Origin: a candidate division WOR-3 bacterium
Lineage (GTDB): Bacteria; Hydrothermota; Tepidihabitantia; Tepidihabitantales; DTDR01
Assembly: GCA_039801885.1 (NCBI GenBank)
Contig: JBDRVN010000031.1
Coordinates: 1-20,722, forward strand
Length of the DNA: 20,722 bases
Reading direction: 5' to 3'
Position 1 is the first letter of the stretch. Every line of letters begins with the position of its first letter. Positions 15,180 through 20,722 of the stretch are shown here, in pieces. The notes under the pieces were generated by a model. The model searched no databases. It was not told where the DNA came from and saw nothing but the letters and a program-made list of their open reading frames with translations. The translations under genes were made by a program, and so were the position numbers.

Positions 15180-17117
15180 ATGGCAGATATTAGAATTGGT
15201 GTTTATGTTTGCCATTGTGGGACAAATATTGCTGGTATGGTTGATGTGCAAAAAGTGGTAGAGGAGATAAAGAAAATGAAGAATGTGGTTGTTTCTCGGA
15301 ATTATCTTTATATGTGTTCGGATCCCGGACAGGATTTGATTAAGAAAGATATTAAAGAGTATAATTTAAATCGAGTGGTTGTTGCTTCTTGTTCACCAAG
15401 AATGCACGAGCCTACTTTTCGGAATGCGATAAAACAGGCGGGTCTTAATCCCTATCTCTTAGAGATGGCAAATATAAGAGAACAGGATTCTTGGGTTACT
15501 GAAGATAAGGAAGAGGCAACAAAGAAAGCGATAAGTTTAGTAAGGATTGCGGTTTTAAGGGCTTCTTTATTAGAAGAGCTTTATGAAAAAGAGGTTGCCG
15601 TAATGCCCAAGGCATTAGTGATTGGTGGTGGTATTAGTGGAATTCAGGCGGCTTTAGATATTGCTGATAGTGGTTATGAAGTTTATTTAGTAGAAAAAGA
15701 ACCATCGATTGGTGGTCATATGGCACAATTGGAAAAGACCTTTCCCACTTTGGATTGTTCTGCTTGTATCCTGACACCGAAGATGGTAGAACTTACTCAA
15801 AAGAAAAATATAAAATTATTAACTTCTTGCGAAGTAGAAGAGGTTTTGGGATTTGTTGGTAATTTCAAAGTAAAGATTAGACAAAAGGCTACGGGTGTGA
15901 ATCGAGAGATCTGTACCGGTTGTGGTAAATGCTCGGAATTATGTCCTATTTTTATCCCTAATGAGTTTGATGGTGGTTTATCTTATCGGAAAGCAATTTA
16001 CCGACCTTTTCCCCAGGCGGTACCTAATGTGTTTACCATCTCTTTCAAAGATTGTGTCAAATGTGGTTTATGCGAATGGAATTGTGAAAATATGGCGATA
16101 AATTTAAATGACCAAGACGAAATTTTTGAGATTAATGTCGGCGCAATTATTGTTGCTACCGGTTACGACGAATTTGACCCACGTCTAAAGCCGGAATTTG
16201 GTTATGGTCGATATCAAGAAGTTATTACTGGTTTAGAATTTGAAAGGATATTAAATGCTGGCGGACCAACTTATGGAGAAATCAAAATAAATGGTAAGGT
16301 GCCAAAGAGTATTGTTTTTATCCATTGTGTTGGTTCCCGAGATGAGCAAGTGGGTAATCCCTATTGTTCAAGAGTCTGTTGTATGTATATCGCCAAGCAG
16401 GCACATTTGGCAAAAGAAAGACTTCCCGATTGTAAGATAACCGTCTTTTACATCGATGTCCGTGCCTTTGGCAAAGGTTTTGAAGAGTTTTATACCCGAG
16501 TGAAAAATGAAGGTGTTATCTATCGGCGGGGAAGTCCTTCGGAAATTTATAAGAGAGGAGATAAATTAGTTGTGAGAAGTGAAGATACAATTTTAGGAGA
16601 AATCATTGAAGAAGAAGCAGATTTAGTTGTTTTGGGAACCGGTTTAGTGCCAAGAAAAGAGACATTAGAACTGGCAAAGAAATTAAAGCTATCTCTTTCG
16701 GCTGATAATTTTCTTTTGGAAGCCCATCCGAAATTAAGGCCGGTTGATTCTAATATTGATGGTGTTTATCTTTGTGGTTGTTGTCAGGGACCAAAAGATA
16801 TTCCCGATAGTGTTGCCCAAGCAAAGGGAGCCGCGAGTAGTGTTATTGCCTTATTCAATAAACGAGTAGTAACGGTTGAGCCAATCCAAGCTTATGTAAG
16901 AGAAGATTATTGTTCGGGTTGTCATATTTGCGAAGGACTTTGCCCTTATTCGGCATTAGAATTTGATAGTGAGAAACGAATAATGAGAGTTAACGAAGCA
17001 TTATGTCGAGGATGTGGAGTTTGTCCATCGGCTTGTCCCAGCGGAGCAATTGTGATGAGACATTATACTGACGAACAGATTGAAATTCAAGTCGGAGGTT
17101 TATTATGGGAAGAATAA
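15180..17117 (+). CDS. hdrA: Heterodisulfide reductase subunit A (FAD / Fe-S)
   Basis: RIGVYVCHCGTNI, CSPRMHE, GGGISG, KTFPTLDCSACIL, CVGSRD..YCSRVCCMY, EAHPKLRP, GPKDIP, C-terminal ferredoxin domain; SD AAGGAG. Confidence 0.97.
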   Translation: MADIRIGVYVCHCGTNIAGMVDVQKVVEEIKKMKNVVVSRNYLYMCSDPGQDLIKKDIKEYNLNRVVVASCSPRMHEPTFRNAIKQAGLNPYLLEMANIREQDSWVTEDKEEATKKAISLVRIAVLRASLLEELYEKEVAVMPKALVIGGGISGIQAALDIADSGYEVYLVEKEPSIGGHMAQLEKTFPTLDCSACILTPKMVELTQKKNIKLLTSCEVEEVLGFVGNFKVKIRQKATGVNREICTGCGKCSELCPIFIPNEFDGGLSYRKAIYRPFPQAVPNVFTISFKDCVKCGLCEWNCENMAINLNDQDEIFEINVGAIIVATGYDEFDPRLKPEFGYGRYQEVITGLEFERILNAGGPTYGEIKINGKVPKSIVFIHCVGSRDEQVGNPYCSRVCCMYIAKQAHLAKERLPDCKITVFYIDVRAFGKGFEEFYTRVKNEGVIYRRGSPSEIYKRGDKLVVRSEDTILGEIIEEEADLVVLGTGLVPRKETLELAKKLKLSLSADNFLLEAHPKLRPVDSNIDGVYLCGCCQGPKDIPDSVAQAKGAASSVIALFNKRVVTVEPIQAYVREDYCSGCHICEGLCPYSALEFDSEKRIMRVNEALCRGCGVCPSACPSGAIVMRHYTDEQIEIQVGGLLWEE

Positions 17118-17506
17118 AAATAGTTGGTTTTGCTTGTAATTGGTGTTGTTATGCTGGTGCTGATTTGGCCGGTACTTCCCATTTAAAATATGCTCCGGAA
17201 ATGAGACTTATCAGGGTTTTATGTTCCGGAAGAATAGACCCCAAATTTATATTAGAGGCTTTCAAAAATGGTGCTGATGGTGTTTTTATTGGCGCCTGTC
17301 ATCCGGGTGATTGCCATTACCAAAGTGGTAACTTAAAAACAATAAAAAGGGTAATGCTCTTAAAAAAATACTTAAAAGAAATAGGTATTGAAGAGGATAG
17401 GCTTTGCTTAGAATTTATCTCGGCTTCGGAAGGCGAGCATTTCCAAAAGAAAGTAAACCAATTTGTTGAGAGAATAAAAAGTTTAGGTTCCCTCAATTGG
17501 AAGTAA
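17105..17506 (+). CDS. mvhD: Hydrogenase iron-sulfur subunit MvhD/FlpD
   Basis: FACNWCCYAGADLAG, IRVLCSGRIDP, GADGV..ACHPGDCHY, ISASEG. Confidence 0.95.
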   Translation: MGRIKIVGFACNWCCYAGADLAGTSHLKYAPEMRLIRVLCSGRIDPKFILEAFKNGADGVFIGACHPGDCHYQSGNLKTIKRVMLLKKYLKEIGIEEDRLCLEFISASEGEHFQKKVNQFVERIKSLGSLNWK

Positions 17507-17779
17507 ATGAGGGAAATTACTTATGAAGATTATCTTAATTTTCTAAAAGAAAATGATTATGTTATAATTGGTAAAAATAAAATAAAATTACACAAGGAAT
17601 GGAAGATAAAAAACTATTCACCCGAAAGAGATTATCAATTAGAAGGGACAACCGTTTGGAGTTTTAAAGATCGAGGAGATTGGGCAAGTTATAGGATAGA
17701 GTTATTAAATGAGCCACTAGCTGATTTAAAAATTTTGTTTAGTAATTATGAATTATTTTTTGATTTCCGTGTCAAATAG
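17507..17779 (+). pseudogene. Truncated N-terminus of an N4-C/N6-A DNA methyltransferase
   Basis: LEGTTVWSFKDRGDWA matches the TTVWSF..RG.WATH lead-in of N6_N4_Mtase proteins. Similarity stops at about 17686; no SAM-binding or catalytic motif follows. Confidence 0.65.
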
Positions 17780-18728
17780 ACAAAACTTAGACTTATGCAT
17801 TAAATATGCAAGGGCAGGGTTTACTAATAGTATTAATGGTGCATGGACCTTTTTAGAAGTTAATAATGGTGATTATATTTCATTTTTGTATGGAGCTCAA
17901 GTTTTTAATCTTTACGAAGTTGTAGAAAAAAAAGCAATTAAAAATGCCGAGAATATCGGACCATGGCCTCCTGTTACATTTAGTATGTCTAGGCGTACCT
18001 ATTATTTTCCCTTTAGAGTTTATCTCAAACCGCTTCGTGAATTTACAGAACCAATGGTGAGATCAGAGTTTTCTTATGTGGCTGAGAACTTACTTTTAAG
18101 GGGTGGTTACCGAAGAACACATTTTCAAGCCGATAGAACTACTTTACAAGTAGTTTCTCAGATGGGAAATATTTATAATAAACCAATAGATTTCTTTCGG
18201 GATAACTCTCAAACTTTTGAAGTGTTATTTATTTTTAAAAATAATAAAAATAAAGATTCACCACCAGAAATATTTTTCTTCCAAGAAATAATATTACACT
18301 CTCTAATTAGACAACATCTCTCCATTCCTCAAAATCTTCAAGATTTTTTTGGTAAAATAGGTTTAAATAACCTTTGTAGCAAGGATTTTGAGGTATTAGG
18401 AGAAAAAGCATTGCCAGAGGGTCATGTAGACATTTTAATCAAAGAACATTCTCCACGAGGACATTGTAAGAAAATAATAATTGAAATAAAAACAGGAAAA
18501 CTACAGAAAAAAGATCTTACTCAAATAAAAAAATATATGGATGAGCTTGGGGAGGAATGTATAAAAGGGGTGTTAATAGGTAAAGATGCTTCAAGAATAT
18601 TATTAAAATTATTAAATAAAAATAAAGAAAATATTACTTGTTTGAAATACTCTTTTGAAGGATTAGATAATAATAAAAATTACAGTTTTGAAAAATTAAA
18701 ATCTTGTCTCACAATTACTCAGTTATGA
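17748..18728 (+). CDS. EVE/PUA-like domain fused to a NucS-like PD-(D/E)XK endonuclease
   Basis: N-terminus YFLI...NLDLCIKY..G...GDYISFLY..YEV is EVE-like. C-terminus E.IL...GHVDILIK...IIIEIK...QIKKYM. Confidence 0.7.
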   Translation: MNYFLISVSNRQNLDLCIKYARAGFTNSINGAWTFLEVNNGDYISFLYGAQVFNLYEVVEKKAIKNAENIGPWPPVTFSMSRRTYYFPFRVYLKPLREFTEPMVRSEFSYVAENLLLRGGYRRTHFQADRTTLQVVSQMGNIYNKPIDFFRDNSQTFEVLFIFKNNKNKDSPPEIFFFQEIILHSLIRQHLSIPQNLQDFFGKIGLNNLCSKDFEVLGEKALPEGHVDILIKEHSPRGHCKKIIIEIKTGKLQKKDLTQIKKYMDELGEECIKGVLIGKDASRILLKLLNKNKENITCLKYSFEGLDNNKNYSFEKLKSCLTITQL

Positions 18729-18879
18729 ATGAAGTTAAGGTTTTTTATAATATTATAAGCTATGTGTTTTCTAAGAAGATATTTATAATTATCAATGACC
18801 TGGTAAAGAGATATCAAGGAGAAATTTTATAAATGTGGTTTTATTTTTATCAAAGAATTTATTTAAATGGATATTAAAA

Positions 18880-19326
18880 ATGAATAGAAAAAAATTTTAT
18901 AAACTTAATTATACTCATCTCCCTATTGACCTATACGGAAAATATTGTTTTGACAAAGAAAAGGCGAGATTAGTATTTGATGCCATTATTGAAATTTGGA
19001 ATAATAAAGAGGTTAAAGAGGTTTTGAAAGAATATGAAGAAAAAGTAAAAGGTTTGCCTGGTTATGATTTGGAATATATATTGTATGCCTTAAAATGGAT
19101 TTTAGAGCAAGAGGATATAAATTTTAAAAGCCGACCTGAAGAAAAAGAGAAAGAGCTAAATGAAATATTTGAGAAATTAAAGATTAATATCCCCAAAAAT
19201 AGAAAAGGAAGTGAGCTTGCTGTTTCTTTATTAGGAAATATAATTTTAGGACTTCATCCGATAGAAGCAATGCTAAAAGCAAATATTGATGTTTTACCAA
19301 TCAAAAGAGGGAAGGGTGCTATTTAA
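18880..19326 (+). CDS. Hypothetical protein (possibly restriction-related; start uncertain, GTG 18835 or ATG 18880)
   Basis: Open frame of 148-163 codons with protein-like composition, ending 3 nt before the next gene. No family confidently recognised. Confidence 0.6.
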   Translation: MNRKKFYKLNYTHLPIDLYGKYCFDKEKARLVFDAIIEIWNNKEVKEVLKEYEEKVKGLPGYDLEYILYALKWILEQEDINFKSRPEEKEKELNEIFEKLKINIPKNRKGSELAVSLLGNIILGLHPIEAMLKANIDVLPIKRGKGAI

Positions 19327-19329
19327 TTT

Positions 19330-19884
19330 ATGAAAGTTCTGGCATTAATCGGTAGTGCAAGGAAAGAAGGAAATACCGCAGTAATTGTTAATAAGATATT
19401 AGAAGGAATGAAAGCAAAAAATAAAAAGGTAAAGATAAACTCTTACTTTTTACACGAACTTAATATTAATCCTTGTCAATCTTGCTATTCTTGTATAAAA
19501 ACTGGTAGATGTGCCCAAGATGATGATATGCAAAAGATTTATAAATTTTTAAAGGACGTTGATGTTTTAATATTAGGTTCGCCCATCTATATGGATTATG
19601 TGAGTGCCCAAACAAAACTATTTATTGACCGTCTTTTCCCTTATATCCACGAAAAAGCACCAGAAGTAAACAAAAATTTAAAAGCAATTTTAGTAATTAC
19701 CTGGGGATGGGATAAAGAAGATGCTTATGATTATGTAATTAAAAATATTGAAAAAGTTTTAAAATGGCATAAGATTAATGTTAAAAAAGTAATAAAAGGT
19801 TATGGTTATCAATATGAGAAAACCGAAGTATTAGAAGATAAAGAATTGCTTAACTATGCTTATCGGATTGGTTATAATATTTAA
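19330..19884 (+). CDS. Flavodoxin-family iron-sulfur flavoprotein / NADPH-dependent FMN reductase-like protein
   Basis: GSARKEGNT, CQSCYSC.....C.QDDM, GSPIY, KLFIDR. Confidence 0.9.
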   Translation: MKVLALIGSARKEGNTAVIVNKILEGMKAKNKKVKINSYFLHELNINPCQSCYSCIKTGRCAQDDDMQKIYKFLKDVDVLILGSPIYMDYVSAQTKLFIDRLFPYIHEKAPEVNKNLKAILVITWGWDKEDAYDYVIKNIEKVLKWHKINVKKVIKGYGYQYEKTEVLEDKELLNYAYRIGYNI

Positions 19885-20722
19885 TCTTTTTTCTTATCTT
19901 AATATCAAAGTTAATCATGATTTAACAACCCAATTACAAAATGAATGTCAGATTGTTGTCAATCCTTTAAATCATAATAATCTCTGTTGTATTTGGCGGG
20001 ATTTTCGGCTTGGTTATCGGCAGGTTGGTATTGGCTATTCTTTTGATGGTGGTTTAACTTGGTATGATACTTTATTGTACGAACCAACCTATCCTTATCA
20101 ATCGGATCCAGCATTAACAATTGATAAAGATGGCAATTTTTATGCCTGCGTTTTGTCTTTTATTTCTACTTCCCAACCAAATGGTCTATTTGTCTATAAA
20201 TCAACCGATGGCGGCAGGACTTGGTCAGAGCCGGTTCCTGTTGTGAATGGTGTTCCCAATGTTTTTGAAGATAAAGAATTGATTGCCTGTGATCGAACAA
20301 ACTCACCTTTCCAAAATAATTTATATGTTTTTTGGACAAGGTTTTATGATACAAAAATAATGATTTCCCGTTCTACCGATCGGGGAGCAAGTTGGTCTTC
20401 ACCAATTCAGGTAAGTGATGGCAGCGCTTCGGTTCAATGGCCCGTCTGTGCGATTGGTCCGAATGGCGAAGTTTATGTTAGTTGGATAAGATTATCTTCA
20501 CCAATCTCAATTAGGATTGATAAATCAACTGATGGCGGATTAACTTGGCGAAGCGATATCACAGTCCAAAATGTTCGCTTTGGTTATGGTTATATTAATC
20601 CCGATATTTTGGTATTCTCTTTTCCAGCAATGGATGTTGATATTAGCAATTCACCTTATTCGGGAAATATTTATATTGCCTATATGGATTATGAGCCCCA
20701 AACCCAAGCAATGGATATCTAT
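19856..20722 (+). CDS. Secreted BNR/Asp-box (sialidase-like) beta-propeller protein, partial
   Basis: Not in the ORF track. The frame from ATG 19856 (MLIGLVIIFNLFS...) stays open to the window end and has Asp-boxes SFDGGLTW, STDGGRTW, STDRGASW and STDGGLTW. Confidence 0.88.
   Translation, partial: MLIGLVIIFNLFSYLNIKVNHDLTTQLQNECQIVVNPLNHNNLCCIWRDFRLGYRQVGIGYSFDGGLTWYDTLLYEPTYPYQSDPALTIDKDGNFYACVLSFISTSQPNGLFVYKSTDGGRTWSEPVPVVNGVPNVFEDKELIACDRTNSPFQNNLYVFWTRFYDTKIMISRSTDRGASWSSPIQVSDGSASVQWPVCAIGPNGEVYVSWIRLSSPISIRIDKSTDGGLTWRSDITVQNVRFGYGYINPDILVFSFPAMDVDISNSPYSGNIYIAYMDYEPQTQAMDIY

Noticed and set aside
15180-17506. Selenocysteine recoding in HdrA/MvhD
   Set aside because: No in-frame TGA; the usual Sec positions are Cys codons.
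4952-20354. Short ORFs 4952-5149, 5570-5827, 6157-6354, 6907-7104, 9443-9664, 14876-15070 and 20166-20354
   Set aside because: All lie antisense to longer, well-supported genes.

Overview
AT-rich bacterial window, probably from an anaerobic diderm; the gene style is reminiscent of candidate phylum WOR-3/FCB relatives, which is an inference only. Left to right: (1) a phosphate ABC operon pstC-pstA-pstB-phoU on the minus strand with no pstS; (2) a ~1.8 kb gap holding a decaying CRISPR locus: a leader with a sigma70 promoter and boxA-like site, a mini-array of 37-bp repeats with over-long spacers, a frameshifted cas6 N-terminal relic, and a 157-bp heptamer-ended element inside the trailer repeat, flanked by a 23-bp duplication and carrying a four-helix-bundle-like gene remnant; (3) a SPASM-type radical SAM gene; (4) a secreted 14-repeat beta-propeller protein with a T9SS-like tail; (5) a candidate ~75-nt small RNA with its own promoter and terminator; (6) a B12-binding radical SAM gene; (7) a TonB-dependent receptor plus lipoprotein; (8) hdrC-hdrB-hdrA-mvhD; (9) a broken restriction-modification-like cassette (truncated methyltransferase, EVE-like + PD-(D/E)XK nuclease, unknown ORF); (10) an iron-sulfur flavoprotein and a partial Asp-box protein. 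Five genes appear to be transcribed as leaderless mRNAs. All family calls come from motif recognition by eye; no database searches were run.
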